This document shows positions 42,488 to 54,050 of a DNA stretch of 64,000 nucleotides, one piece after another. The stretch lies in assembly GCA_000002445.1 (NCBI GenBank), contig CP000068.1:864001-928000 (forward strand). Reading direction: 5' to 3'. Position 1 is the first letter of the stretch. Every line of letters begins with the position of its first letter. The notes below the pieces were generated by a model that did no database searches, was not told the origin of the DNA, and was given only the letters and a program-made list of their open reading frames with translations. The translations under genes were made by a program, and so were the position numbers. The DNA is from Trypanosoma brucei (lineage: Eukaryota).

Positions 42488-45400
42488 TTAAAGGAGGTTG
42501 ACAGACAAGAATATTTGTTTAAGGATGTGTGGGAGAGCCTGTGTGTCCATACATTCAAAGCCGTGTCCACTTGGCAGTTTCTCCCTCAGGTTCAGCGCCT
42601 GTTCGCCCAAAGTGGCAATAAAAATGCAGAACATTTGTACTTCTTGATTGCTTTCCATAATCTCACCGAGCTCGCCGGGCTCAATCCCGTATCGTGAGAG
42701 GTTTGCATCGCTAATCACGAAAACAAGGTACGCCTCACCCTTCTCCGCCGTGACGAGCTCAATACTCTGCCGCATCGCTTGGACGGTATTGTCGCCTGAC
42801 CAGCAGTACTGTGCGTGGGCAACCATACGTTGGCATACTTCCGCCCTTTCCTTTTGGTTAGTCGGTGGCTTGCCAAAGGGTACAAGCTCAATACACGCAC
42901 TGTCCCCGTTGTGACCTACCATGGCATAGTCAATTTTTTCTTCGTAGCCAGTGAACGCCTCCATAACCATCACCGTGGATTCGAGCAACTTCGTGAGCCT
43001 CTGATCCATCCCTTCAAACCGGTACATACTGGCACTTACATCTAGCACAAACAAGAGACGCTTCTTTCGCTTGAGCTGAAAGGGGCTGGCGTCAGCATAG
43101 TCGGCGCGCCGTTTGTAGATGTTACGCTCCCCAACGATGCCCTCTACAATCTTACTGTCATCCCATACTCCGTCCGTTTGGCCACGCAGCCACACGCGTT
43201 CACCTTCCGCAGCTTTAAGGCCACTTAACATACTCCTCAATATCGCCACAGGGGCACGCACCCGCCCCTGCAGCGCACCGTACCGCTCGTACTCCGTGGA
43301 GGTCATACCAATTTCCCGCAAGCGCTCCTGCAGTGCTACCCTTCCCATGCGTCTCGCTTCCTCTATTATATGTTGTGGAACCTGCTGCTTAGCTTCGGGC
43401 GATACTTGGTGAACCGGCCAGCCCTTGTCAAGACGGTACGGGCCAACAAGTCCGCCGAGGCCTGCAGTATCAGTCCCACCCGTACCGCCGGCGTATGTGT
43501 TGCCACCGTGATGTTCTTCATTATCCTCACGACCATGTTTCAGGTTATTAGATGCCGCATAGCGCGATGTACAGTAGGACATGCTAAGTTTCCCCTGAGG
43601 TGTGGCAGCTGCCGCCCCAACTTGTTTTACGGACCCTTGGAGCAAAGCGGAGAGTTGGCGATGGCGACATTCCACCCGTTCAGCTACGAGGTCACCTATC
43701 AACAGCTGCCGATTCACTTCATCATATCGAAGAATGTTACCCGCAACCTCGTCGAGGGAAAAACAAGGATAGGAAGGTTTCACCGACGATGAACGTGAGG
43801 ATGTTGTTGGCGTGGGAGCGAAATGGCGAACAGTATGATGATGATAATCGACGGCAAATAGAGAACCGCAAGTGTCAACTCCGTCGCTACCGCTGGCGAC
43901 CACAAGTTGTTTGTGCACACGGTCGATACCTATTGTTCCATGGTGATTCAAGTCAGAACACACAGCAGGGGAAATGCTGGGATTGGCAAAGGTGCGCATC
44001 GACCACGACTGCGATCGAGAAGAGTAACTCTCAACCATGGTGTACAAAACGCCTTCTTTCTCACTATCACTGCCAGCACCTGCGACGATGATAGCACCCT
44101 GGAGTTCCTCCGGTGTGACGGGCCCCATGGCTGCCTCAGTAGGCGTCGGTTCTTTCGTTCCCGTTAATCCTACTACAACTCCATTTATTTCATTGGGAAG
44201 CAAACAAAGACTTGCTGTCGCCACGCCATCAGACATTAATGAAAGCTTCATCACACCGCAAAACGTCGACTCAGACTTACTCAGGTGGACAGAAGCATAG
44301 TTGTTCGCAAAGAAGTGAATTCCCCGAATATCCTCCGCAGGAAGGGTTACACCGACACGGTGCCCGTTCGACCACACGTACAACTCCGGTTCGCGCGGTC
44401 GCGTCATGGCAACTAGGTTACATCCCGGGCAAACAGTGTGCCGAGTGAGTGCGACATCACTGGAGGGTGGCATCAAATGCACAACCAGCACCGATCCCAA
44501 CAGTTTATCACCAGCTGCGTCACCCTGACCTCTGACTTGCCCTCGTGGTAATGCAGTTGACGTTGAGCACAAACCAAGCGCGGACGCATCGGCAAGCAAA
44601 ATCGATCCTGAGGATGCACATGCAACTTCAACAAATGAAGGCGATGTCCCAAACGCACCATGCGAAGACTCCTTGAGGGCCTGAGAGGCTAAAATGCCGC
44701 TCGCCTCGGTGCCGAGGAAACGTAATGAAGAAGACGGAAGGGAGTTAAGAGGCAATAAGTCCGTTAAGTTAAGTAACTGTACCTGCCCTGCGGCAAGACG
44801 CTTCCGACCCACCGCAGTAGCCGCAATGGACGCAACAGACGGCAGACTCGCAATAGCTAAGAAAATCTCTGTTGTTGCGAGGGGACTGCTGCTGCCGTTC
44901 ATTTCCTCTCGAAGCACATGCTGGCGGGTAAAAAGGACGGCAACACTCTTGGACTCCCCCACCACGCACTCAGGAGCTTCCACGGCTACACGAATCACGC
45001 GGTCGCCCTGTTGCAGAAATGGTAGCCTTGTTGCTGTAGTCCATTCACTAAAACCGACGAGCCCACCGTTCGCCGAAACATCTGCGGCGAAGTCCGTGGC
45101 ATTATATGATTCACACCAAACAGGAGCAGACTTCCAGTTTATTGCACCACCACACTCCAAATCCGTGAGCCGTCGCACTGGTAGAGACATTACTACTTCC
45201 CCCAGTTTTAACGGCAAAAACGCCGGTGATTTCGCCGACATGTGAATCAGCGATGGTGAAGGCCGCAGTGGCACAGCTCGGCTGGTACGCAAAGGTAACA
45301 GCTTCTGCATTCCACCAAACTGTACCAGTGGATCCAAATGCAGCCGTAGTACATTGCGAACAAGACGCAGTGTATTTTCGTCAAACACGTCGAAGTTGAA

Positions 45401-48400
45401 GATATTATTTAGAGCTGCGTACACGCCATCACCTGGGAACATTGACATGTGCCTTACAACAGCGATGAGCTCCCGTAACGAAAAAGGGTAAGTAATGTTC
45501 CCTTCCTCAAAATCGGTTTGAAGACGTTGAAAACATTCAATAAGGCTCATCAGCAGAGCATCTGGAATGTTCACGCCATACGCTCTCAGAACCTGCAACT
45601 GCGAGTGGGCATCGGCATTGAGCATCACAGACGGTGCAAATAAGTCGCCACATTCCCGGTAGAAGTCATTGCCGTGGAATGGAAAACCGGGCGGGTTTGC
45701 CAACACAATGACTCGAAAATCAGGGTGCATGTTAATGATATTTTTTTGTTCGCTAGATCCGTAATCACTGGAAGAAATGCTAAATCGTACGACGTGCGCA
45801 CGTGGACCAAGTATTTGCCGTCCATCGCGGAGCCTCATCTCGTGATCCTCGATGAGTCCTTTTAGCACTTGTACCACCTCTACGGGTGCCTTGTCAATTT
45901 CATCAACAACAAGGCAGTGTCCCTGCTGCACCGCCCGTACTAGTGGTGAGTCTGCCCATACAACTCGACCGTTCTCGACTGTGGGATTGATAGTAAGGCT
46001 ACCGACTGTGGTGTCTCGATGTAGCTGAATATACTCCCGAGGGGTACCAACGCGTGCGAGAAAGGCATCGACAACCTTGTTTTTGCCAACACCTTGGTTC
46101 CCTATTAGGAGAATGTTGTTCCCCACGGCGTACTGTTTAGCGAGCCACACAATGACGGACTCATGAACAGGGTTGGGGTGAAAGTGTGGCACGTGCGGTA
46201 CCATGGCCTTCTCCTTCGCTCCGTAATTGCGGTTGATGCGGAGAATAGGTTTATCACCCAATCCAAAGACACGAGATACTTCAATTCCTTCAGCTTTACC
46301 GGCGCCAGCATTAGGAATAGTTGGGTCACAGGGGAGTAGGAACTCTTTAAGGGAATGGCAGTTCAACGTTTCCCCCATGCTACTCTTTGAAACGGATGAT
46401 GATCGCAGTGGATCCTGCTTGCGTTCCGCGAGCCCACTCGTACAGGTAAATCCACAAATCTGCATCACCTGACGCACTTTTTCTGCTACCAATGAACTCA
46501 GCAGTGGGAGTAGCAGCGTAGATTCAACACTAATGTTAAAGTCATCAGGATAACGAACGCGAAAGCGGGTAAGGTTTAGCAGCTGTCGAAGGCTTAGCTG
46601 CGGCGTTTTTGGTTCCGTGACTTGTAATCGCTCAAGTTCATCACGCAGCCGCAGCAGGGTATCCACATCACGCTTCAATCCTGATGATATCCCGCCCTCA
46701 GGGCCCACTGAGGCGCGGATACCGTCTACCTTTTCGTTCCCACAAAATTGCAACTCCAACTCAGCCACGCGAAGGAGAATGGCACGAAATAACGACTGCG
46801 AACATGACGGCATTTGGACAACCCCAAACAGCTCGGTGACATCGTGTGTAACGCGCCATTGGTTTTGCCACACTTTGTTGCCTGTCCCATTGCTGTTAAG
46901 CGCAGGAAATCGCGCTGTACCCACCACACGGAATGAAGGATGTATGGGAAATATGCGACGTGCCTTCATTTCCTCTTCGGTGGCGCGCAGCTTCTCCTTA
47001 ATGATCCCATACTCCTTGAACGATTTCAGCACGGACCCGTCGCAGAGTGAGGTGCTCCCGTCAATAAGGAGTTGCTGCAGCGAACTGAGCATCCCTAAAG
47101 GCATTTTATCAATTCCATCAAGTACAGCCATGCGACCGTTGAGTGCTGCGTCAACGAGTGCACTGTTCTGCCACACCGTGTCACCACTTACCGAATCGGT
47201 AGCTCGTCTCTGAAAAAGGTCTTTGATCGTCATATCCGCATAGAGGTACATAGTCTCCGTCTGGTAACCAAGAAGGCGCGCAAATTCGTGGAGCAACGTC
47301 GTTTTGCCACTTCCACTGGATCCCAGCAGCAAGATATGCCGCCCCGCAATGTGCAACTGCAACATGGACTGTAAAACGTGAACATGTCCTGGTGTAAAGA
47401 CTGTGCTCGAACTGCTACAGTACACTTTCACATCAACCGTTCTCCACTTTCTACCACTAGAAGGCGATGAAGGCCCACCACGCGATGATTTGAGAGCAAA
47501 TTCACCCAAATATAACGGAAGTTGATATTTCCCCTTCATCCCGTCGACACAAGCGTCGCCTACCACCACAGGGTGCTGCAACACGGCCAACACCTTCGAC
47601 TTTGCAACACGAACATTGTCTATAAACACAACATCATTATAATGCTTTGAAGAACGAACAGCGCAATCTTCATGCGTACAGTGATCTGTTGGTTTGCCAC
47701 TATCCCGTACGCTGACATCACTATGGTGGCAAATATGGTTTGACAGGGGAGTACCAATGTCACACGCGGCTAGCACCCTTTCGTAATCTCGAAGGCGTCT
47801 CATCGACTCTTCATAGGTGCCACTACCCGAACCAGTTTGTTGTGCATATAGCGTCCACGGGAAGGATCGTAGTAACAACTCACTCACTGGAACATCAGGA
47901 AATAGCATAAACTGTCGGAAGACTTGAGCCACCTCGTAACTTCCAATGGTCTGCAGCCCGCAAAGCGAAGACACACAACCACCAACAGCGCTGTCGCGGC
48001 CCTGGGTACCGCCAGAGGTGAATCCCCGCGTGCGCGCATTCATCTCCTCGATGGAAGCGCGCAGTTTAAGCAACGATTCAAAAACACCTCTTGCACGACC
48101 ACCAGGCGCCATATTGGTAACGTTTGTCGCTGCCAGGGTGGGTGGAGGAAGGTCAACATACAAGCATTGAAACCGTGAACGAAGCGGCGGATCCAGTGGT
48201 GTACCATCATACGGGGGAACTGGGGCAGTGATCCCAATGACACGAAAACTTTCCGACACGCGAATAAACCCCATACGCTGCAACTTCGCGTGAACCGCCT
48301 GCGGGATTTGGTTACCAATGCCACCTTCCACGTTAGCATCTTGCCTACCTCCTTTCAGTTCCTCACAGAGTGCCTCGTTGAAAATCTTATCATACCGCTC

Positions 48401-49081
48401 TGGGTGGATCAGCACCATCCCATTCTCAAGATGCATTTCGCGGTTCTCCAACAAGTTATTTATCACTGGAAGTACATTCCGTTCTACCCTCTCCAACCCC
48501 TCTAACAATAGCAGTTGTCCTTCGCGGGCAGCGATGACAACGCTCTGATCCTCATAAGAGAGCGTTCCGTTACGAATTTCCCGCCGTTGGCCGAGATCAC
48601 CCTCGTTTGTGTCACGATTGAGGGACACACACTGCACTTCGCGACGTGTGAGTCGAGAGTACAGCAACACCAGCCACCGCAGCGCAGGACCAGGCTCCCC
48701 TGTTAGGCACATGTCCTGTTTAAGGAGTTCCTTCTGACAGATCCAGCGTAGGTATTGGCGTGTGGCATTGTCTCCTAAATGAAAGAACATATCCCCTACA
48801 TCCAATGACAGTTCGTCCGCAGCGTCTTCGCCGATGTGAAAAGCACCGCTGTTGGTGGTGTCACCCGGCAAGACCCACGTAACCCTCTCTGGGTGAGAAA
48901 CGTTCGCAGGAACGGGAACTGTAACGTCACCGATTGTGAGGCTTACATCGCGGTTACAAGCAAGGGAGCTACCGCTCATTATCGTTACACTCCTGATTGG
49001 TGTTTGACTAACAGTTCCACTTGTATACACTTTTAACACAGCGCGAATAAAACCAGAAAACAAGAGCTGGCGGCGTATCAT
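42488..49081 (-). CDS. Giant AAA+ ATPase (multiple AAA_5 dynein/midasin-like modules) with a C-terminal von Willebrand factor A domain, VWA8-like
   Basis: Several Walker A P-loops (ILLLGSSGSGKTTLLHEF; NILLIGNQGVGKNKVVDAF; MRHILLLGSSGSGKT-type) and Walker B motifs (HCLVVDEIDKAP; MAVLDGIDKMP). The C-terminal VWA domain has a MIDAS motif: LLFVLDVSASMYRF (DxSxS). The tool start at 49102 is a TTG; the first ATG is at 49081 (MIRRQLLFSGFIRAVLKV, presequence-like). Confidence 0.85.
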   Translation of the reverse strand: MIRRQLLFSGFIRAVLKVYTSGTVSQTPIRSVTIMSGSSLACNRDVSLTIGDVTVPVPANVSHPERVTWVLPGDTTNSGAFHIGEDAADELSLDVGDMFFHLGDNATRQYLRWICQKELLKQDMCLTGEPGPALRWLVLLYSRLTRREVQCVSLNRDTNEGDLGQRREIRNGTLSYEDQSVVIAAREGQLLLLEGLERVERNVLPVINNLLENREMHLENGMVLIHPERYDKIFNEALCEELKGGRQDANVEGGIGNQIPQAVHAKLQRMGFIRVSESFRVIGITAPVPPYDGTPLDPPLRSRFQCLYVDLPPPTLAATNVTNMAPGGRARGVFESLLKLRASIEEMNARTRGFTSGGTQGRDSAVGGCVSSLCGLQTIGSYEVAQVFRQFMLFPDVPVSELLLRSFPWTLYAQQTGSGSGTYEESMRRLRDYERVLAACDIGTPLSNHICHHSDVSVRDSGKPTDHCTHEDCAVRSSKHYNDVVFIDNVRVAKSKVLAVLQHPVVVGDACVDGMKGKYQLPLYLGEFALKSSRGGPSSPSSGRKWRTVDVKVYCSSSSTVFTPGHVHVLQSMLQLHIAGRHILLLGSSGSGKTTLLHEFARLLGYQTETMYLYADMTIKDLFQRRATDSVSGDTVWQNSALVDAALNGRMAVLDGIDKMPLGMLSSLQQLLIDGSTSLCDGSVLKSFKEYGIIKEKLRATEEEMKARRIFPIHPSFRVVGTARFPALNSNGTGNKVWQNQWRVTHDVTELFGVVQMPSCSQSLFRAILLRVAELELQFCGNEKVDGIRASVGPEGGISSGLKRDVDTLLRLRDELERLQVTEPKTPQLSLRQLLNLTRFRVRYPDDFNISVESTLLLPLLSSLVAEKVRQVMQICGFTCTSGLAERKQDPLRSSSVSKSSMGETLNCHSLKEFLLPCDPTIPNAGAGKAEGIEVSRVFGLGDKPILRINRNYGAKEKAMVPHVPHFHPNPVHESVIVWLAKQYAVGNNILLIGNQGVGKNKVVDAFLARVGTPREYIQLHRDTTVGSLTINPTVENGRVVWADSPLVRAVQQGHCLVVDEIDKAPVEVVQVLKGLIEDHEMRLRDGRQILGPRAHVVRFSISSSDYGSSEQKNIINMHPDFRVIVLANPPGFPFHGNDFYRECGDLFAPSVMLNADAHSQLQVLRAYGVNIPDALLMSLIECFQRLQTDFEEGNITYPFSLRELIAVVRHMSMFPGDGVYAALNNIFNFDVFDENTLRLVRNVLRLHLDPLVQFGGMQKLLPLRTSRAVPLRPSPSLIHMSAKSPAFLPLKLGEVVMSLPVRRLTDLECGGAINWKSAPVWCESYNATDFAADVSANGGLVGFSEWTTATRLPFLQQGDRVIRVAVEAPECVVGESKSVAVLFTRQHVLREEMNGSSSPLATTEIFLAIASLPSVASIAATAVGRKRLAAGQVQLLNLTDLLPLNSLPSSSLRFLGTEASGILASQALKESSHGAFGTSPSFVEVACASSGSILLADASALGLCSTSTALPRGQVRGQGDAAGDKLLGSVLVVHLMPPSSDVALTRHTVCPGCNLVAMTRPREPELYVWSNGHRVGVTLPAEDIRGIHFFANNYASVHLSKSESTFCGVMKLSLMSDGVATASLCLLPNEINGVVVGLTGTKEPTPTEAAMGPVTPEELQGAIIVAGAGSDSEKEGVLYTMVESYSSRSQSWSMRTFANPSISPAVCSDLNHHGTIGIDRVHKQLVVASGSDGVDTCGSLFAVDYHHHTVRHFAPTPTTSSRSSSVKPSYPCFSLDEVAGNILRYDEVNRQLLIGDLVAERVECRHRQLSALLQGSVKQVGAAAATPQGKLSMSYCTSRYAASNNLKHGREDNEEHHGGNTYAGGTGGTDTAGLGGLVGPYRLDKGWPVHQVSPEAKQQVPQHIIEEARRMGRVALQERLREIGMTSTEYERYGALQGRVRAPVAILRSMLSGLKAAEGERVWLRGQTDGVWDDSKIVEGIVGERNIYKRRADYADASPFQLKRKKRLLFVLDVSASMYRFEGMDQRLTKLLESTVMVMEAFTGYEEKIDYAMVGHNGDSACIELVPFGKPPTNQKERAEVCQRMVAHAQYCWSGDNTVQAMRQSIELVTAEKGEAYLVFVISDANLSRYGIEPGELGEIMESNQEVQMFCIFIATLGEQALNLREKLPSGHGFECMDTQALPHILKQIFLSVNLL

Positions 49082-49906
49082 AGAACACGATAATAACGAC
49101 AAGATATCCCACTCCGATGTGCAGATTTGCGAGCACGTCTGCCTTGGATATCCGATGTCAATCTGTACTCAAGGCCAAAGACAGCAGAAAACACAGAGAC
49201 TAAATACAGTTCTGCAGTGCAAAATGTGCTCTAAAGGAGGGCAAGAAGGCCAGACAGAGTGTATCGGTACGTACGGTTGATTAGATATTAGTTCTCGAAC
49301 AAACAAAAATCACGCAAAATACAAGTTAAAAAAAATCACTCAGGAAATAATTTTATTGAAAGGGTTGATTTCACAGTATATGGGGAAGGTCTGAAAAGGG
49401 GCCCGGCATGTCCCGCCACAAAAAAAAAAAAGAAAGCTCTTATCACCCCCTCAGCTGGAGTGATTTGGTGTTTCTATCAACCAACGCCCGTAGCATCATT
49501 CCCCTGAGATTTTCCTTCATATCCAGAAGAGAAAAAAAGATTTACGGCGATGAAGTTTGCAGCAGCATTCGATCATGGAGGCAATAGCCCGTTTGACTCA
49601 AAGCTGCACCAGCGCTAAAAGAGTAAGGAACAAACGCAGAAATATAAGATGTGTTTCTTTGTGAATCTAATGTCGCCAGCTCTACCATATTACAGGATGC
49701 CCCGGAGAGAAGTGTGGGTAATATTGCGACAGACAACGCCATATGCACGACAAGAGCACAGTTGGGTGTACTCGACGTGCTCTTCGCACGGGCACCAAGG
49801 AAATAGCGCCGCAAAGGAAAACGTTCTGCGATAGGCAGTAAAAATAATAATAATAATAATCGAAAGCGTGCGCTCGATTTCAAACAATAAAAGGTATAGG
49901 TAACGA

Positions 49907-51667
49907 TCACTTGATGATATTGGACTCCGCATGTATAGCCAATACTCGTTTAACAAGCTTGTCGCACCACGCTACGTGACGCTCCATAAGCACGTCGTCG
50001 TCCGCTATTGCCCTTTCCGTTGACGTAGCATCCCCCAACCCTTGAGAAGACAAACCAGACGACAAAGACGTGGCCCCTCCCGTTTCATCCGTTCGCACCT
50101 CCATCCGCCGGGAAAGACGACTGCGTAGCTCCATCCATGTCTTTGGGGTCCGCAGGCGTGCATAATTAACCACTGCTACATCGTCAAATGGATAACACAG
50201 GGCGTGCGCGACGCTGACAACGCCACGGGAAACACCCTCTGGTGAGTACCCACCCTCTAGTACCGCCACCAAACCGATGGTCCCTTGCGACTGCAGGCAA
50301 AATCGCTTTAGCGCACGAACCACATACGCAAACCCTCCTTCCACAGCCATCCGCCCAAGTGGATCGCCGTGTGCGGCGTCGAAGCCAAGCGAAAGTAGGA
50401 TGATATTAGGGTGGAATTGTTCCAACCTTGGTAAAAACACATCGTCAACGACACGCGCAAAAAGCATATCACTTATAACCTCTTCGCAACGCGCAGGGTC
50501 GGTAGCCGCGGTGTCAACAGCGACGTTGCAAATATTACGATGTTGGCCAACATAGGAGGTCGCACCAGCGGGATCACACGGGTAAAAAGAACCTCGGTCA
50601 TAACGATGAAGAGAGAGGTACAGAAGTTGCGGCTCAACTTCAACAAATGACTGAGTTCCCTCACCATGGTGTACGTCGATGTCAACTATGGCTATGCGAG
50701 GTCGCTCTGGTATATCCCTTTCTTCGGAGGGAACTGAACGGCTACCTCCGACGCCACAATCGTATTTAACGTGCCAGTCTTGCAACAACTGCATTGCGGC
50801 AATCGCAACATTATTCACCAAACAAAAGCCGCTCGGGGTGTCAGCGCTGGCATGGTGTCCCGGAGGGCGAACAAGGCAAAAAGCAAATGCCGGAGAGCCA
50901 CTGAGGGCGCGACGCGCTGCATCAACCACCGCACCGACAGACAACCGAGTCGCTATACTGCTCGTTTTACCGTTGCAATACACATCTGTCTTAAGTGGAG
51001 GGAGCAATGCTGTGCCCTCTTCAATAAAACATCGGTAGCGATGAATATTGTGACACAATGTAACTTCATCTAGCGTTGCTAAACGGGGCGGAATCCATAA
51101 CGGAGTTCCGCTGGGCGCCGCGGACGGCGTCTCGCCTGCTGTTGCACCAGTTCCCACAGGCGCACCTTCACGAGGAGGGGACCTTTCTCCAGAACTTTGC
51201 AGTTCCATAGGCAAAAAATGAGCAGCACGCGGCGCCGAGCGTAGTGCCTCAACAGCGCGCTGCAAACGATAGGGTGTTTCCGGCACACGGTCAACGGGGG
51301 GAACGTGCTCAAGCACTCTAGGATCGTATGCCCATGCAACTGACACGTCCGGTAGAAACAGGTCACTATTATCATTATCCGTCTTGGCAGCATCCAACAT
51401 GGCAGGTCCAGAAACGAACACTTCCATTCCATTTTTTAGACTTCCAAAAAAGGTGATTCCTTGGGCGTCGACGAGACTTTCAACACCTGAAGCTTCCACA
51501 CCTACACGGAGCGCCACTTGATCAACCGGCTCCACCAGCTTTCCACGACGGATAGCAGCGGTTGTGCAGAGTCGTGGGTCCGCTTGGCACCTAACAGTCA
51601 CGTCACCGTCAAGATCCAGCTGGCGCCCATGAGCCCAGGGATTTTTATTCCGTTCCCTCACAGACAT
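49907..51667 (-). CDS. DAC4: Class II-like histone deacetylase (zinc-dependent HDAC family); probably the T. brucei DAC4 ortholog
   Basis: HDAC catalytic signatures FCLVRPPGHHASADTPSGFCLVNNVAIA, IVDIDVHHGEGTQ, and a downstream GFD...GD motif. The tool start at 51748 is a TTG; the first ATG is at 51667 (586 aa). The gene-symbol assignment is from memory of T. brucei chromosome 5 content, not verified. Confidence 0.8.
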   Translation of the reverse strand: MSVRERNKNPWAHGRQLDLDGDVTVRCQADPRLCTTAAIRRGKLVEPVDQVALRVGVEASGVESLVDAQGITFFGSLKNGMEVFVSGPAMLDAAKTDNDNSDLFLPDVSVAWAYDPRVLEHVPPVDRVPETPYRLQRAVEALRSAPRAAHFLPMELQSSGERSPPREGAPVGTGATAGETPSAAPSGTPLWIPPRLATLDEVTLCHNIHRYRCFIEEGTALLPPLKTDVYCNGKTSSIATRLSVGAVVDAARRALSGSPAFAFCLVRPPGHHASADTPSGFCLVNNVAIAAMQLLQDWHVKYDCGVGGSRSVPSEERDIPERPRIAIVDIDVHHGEGTQSFVEVEPQLLYLSLHRYDRGSFYPCDPAGATSYVGQHRNICNVAVDTAATDPARCEEVISDMLFARVVDDVFLPRLEQFHPNIILLSLGFDAAHGDPLGRMAVEGGFAYVVRALKRFCLQSQGTIGLVAVLEGGYSPEGVSRGVVSVAHALCYPFDDVAVVNYARLRTPKTWMELRSRLSRRMEVRTDETGGATSLSSGLSSQGLGDATSTERAIADDDVLMERHVAWCDKLVKRVLAIHAESNIIK

Positions 51668-54028
51668 ACGATAGAGTTGACTAAGTAAACACTTATCGAT
51701 ATTTATTACGTCGGATGCAGGTAAACAACGAAAAGATAGCAGACACAACCAAAAAAAAACCTGGGTTTGAAAAATACAATTTCGGACTTCCTCTCCGGAA
51801 CCAAGGCATTTATATATTTAAGGCTCCTCACTCAATCATTCCCCTGTTGTCTAAAAGAAAATTTCTCGAATATGAAATGCATTTGAGAGAGGTTGTTTAC
51901 ACCACAAGAGCACCTCATTGTTACACAGACATATCTGTCACCGAGCCTCAGCTACACCAACACGTTCAACTGTTTGTAAATCACAACTAAAGTCGACTGA
52001 GCATACAGGGGAAGTAATGCCCCACACACAGGAACAAATATATATATTTGCTTCAGTATCTGAAGCGCTAAACATCGCTTTAAAGCTCATTATACAACGC
52101 AGCACACACGGTAGTCATCAAAACACTAATACCAACACACCCGCATCCCCCCCCCCGGAAGCCATAATAAATAATGAACACTGGGTAGAACAATCAAACT
52201 CTCCCACAGTTAACTCCGCCGATGTGTCTATTGGCGCTCCACGGTAGAGCTCTTCCACTATTCGAACGAAGTATTCGTAAGTTAATTCAACGCGACACCA
52301 AATATGTGACTCTCGGGTTGTCCAGCAGCTCTTAGCAAAGGGGTAGTATTTCAGTTACACCTGATCTAACAGCTATTCCTCGGCACCGCGCATAGTTAGA
52401 TAGATAACTTACGTTTTCAAAAGTGCACTGCTAACAACAGACACTTTACCACGTCATTTTCTACAACGCAGCAGTGAATATTAACTTTGTCTTTGGGCGA
52501 TGGCTTTGGGAATAGAGTCATCACTGCCACGCCATCGTGTTTTCCCCCTGTATATAACGCAATTTAACCGTTCGTCTTCAAGTGTCAGACCCTCCTTCGA
52601 GAACAAACTTTTTTAAAGAAAAAGAGGAGAGAGTAAGAAGCACGATATGTATATTGCAGACTACCCGCGAGAGTCAGAATGATATCCGTCTTTATCTTAT
52701 CCTTTACCGTTCCCTTGTTATATATTTTCCCCCCGCGACCCGGCTGTATCTCATATCGCGCAACAGGCAGACCAGAAGATTTTCTTTCAAAAGGCCAAAC
52801 GGTGAAGGAGACAGCGTTTACTACCTTGCCGTATTGCTCCACGAAGTCGTGTTATGAGTTGATTCAACGAGTAGATATCCCACTACCAGGCGCTGTTAAC
52901 AACGCAGCTAAGCAGTTATTTGCCAGGTGGGCGAGTCCAGACACACGAACTTATGAGGAATAGAAAACACCTAGTAGAGAATTGTGCGAGAATAAAAAAA
53001 CGAAACAAAAGAAATGATAAGTGAGACCATCTAACCCTAAACATTAGAAGCAACTTCAGCAAACACTTCAGTCGGACCACGCATTAGCACTCCATTGTTC
53101 ACGATGCCATAACGAAGCTACAAACTAACGTGGAAGGTAAGATTTTTACCCGACACCACTACTAAGTTAGGAGTTTCCATATGTGTCCGCTCAGCCAGTT
53201 ACAAAGTACAAAATAAAACATGACACCTCGCTGATAGAAAGTAAATGCGTCCAAACCACGTTGCCAGGGACTCACATTTAAAATGTTAAGAACACTGAAC
53301 AAAGCCGCTACAACTGTGGCAACAAAAAGAATTGGAATATGCAAAAGAAACAAATGATCGGGGGAAACGCAGCATTTCGCAGAATCACCACTGACGTAGG
53401 GCGTGATCCACCAAGCCGTGCGCACATTCTTTAGCGTTATGATGCACCTACACGACCATCAAAAAGGAACACTGACAAGGAAGCTCCCCGCCCAACCGAC
53501 AAACCCATATTAAATCCCCAGGTAATCGAAACGGATAATATTGAATACCATTACAGGAACCTATAATAATTACTCAATATTCTATATTCAAAGTACCCTT
53601 TTTCCTTTTAAAGGAAAAAGATAGAAACCATAGTTAGGTTACGTGCTTTTCATTGTTGCATCCCGACTTTCTAACGTTGTAGTAACTAAATTCAGCTACA
53701 GAAGGGTACATTAGCACAAAAGTGTCTCTCTGTGGTAGGGCTTCGTGATTTGGTATAGAGCATTATGCCACATGCTAATGTGGCACATTTGGAAACCCCA
53801 TGTTGTCATCTCACCACCAAACAAACTAGTAGAGGTAATGCCACATCGGTGCGTACAAATGATATCAAAAACACCTGTGTGTGGCGTGTAACATCTCATT
53901 CGACCCTTATAAAGCCTATTACCAACTATGCTTTGTTGACAATAAGAACGTCGTATTTCCCAATATATAAACGTGAACACATAACTAGCATTTGAATATG
54001 CAAAGAGGAATGGGGAAAATCCACCTCA

Positions 54029-54050
54029 TATATATATATATATATATATA
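54029..54050. repeat. (TA)11 microsatellite
   Basis: Direct read. Confidence 0.9.
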
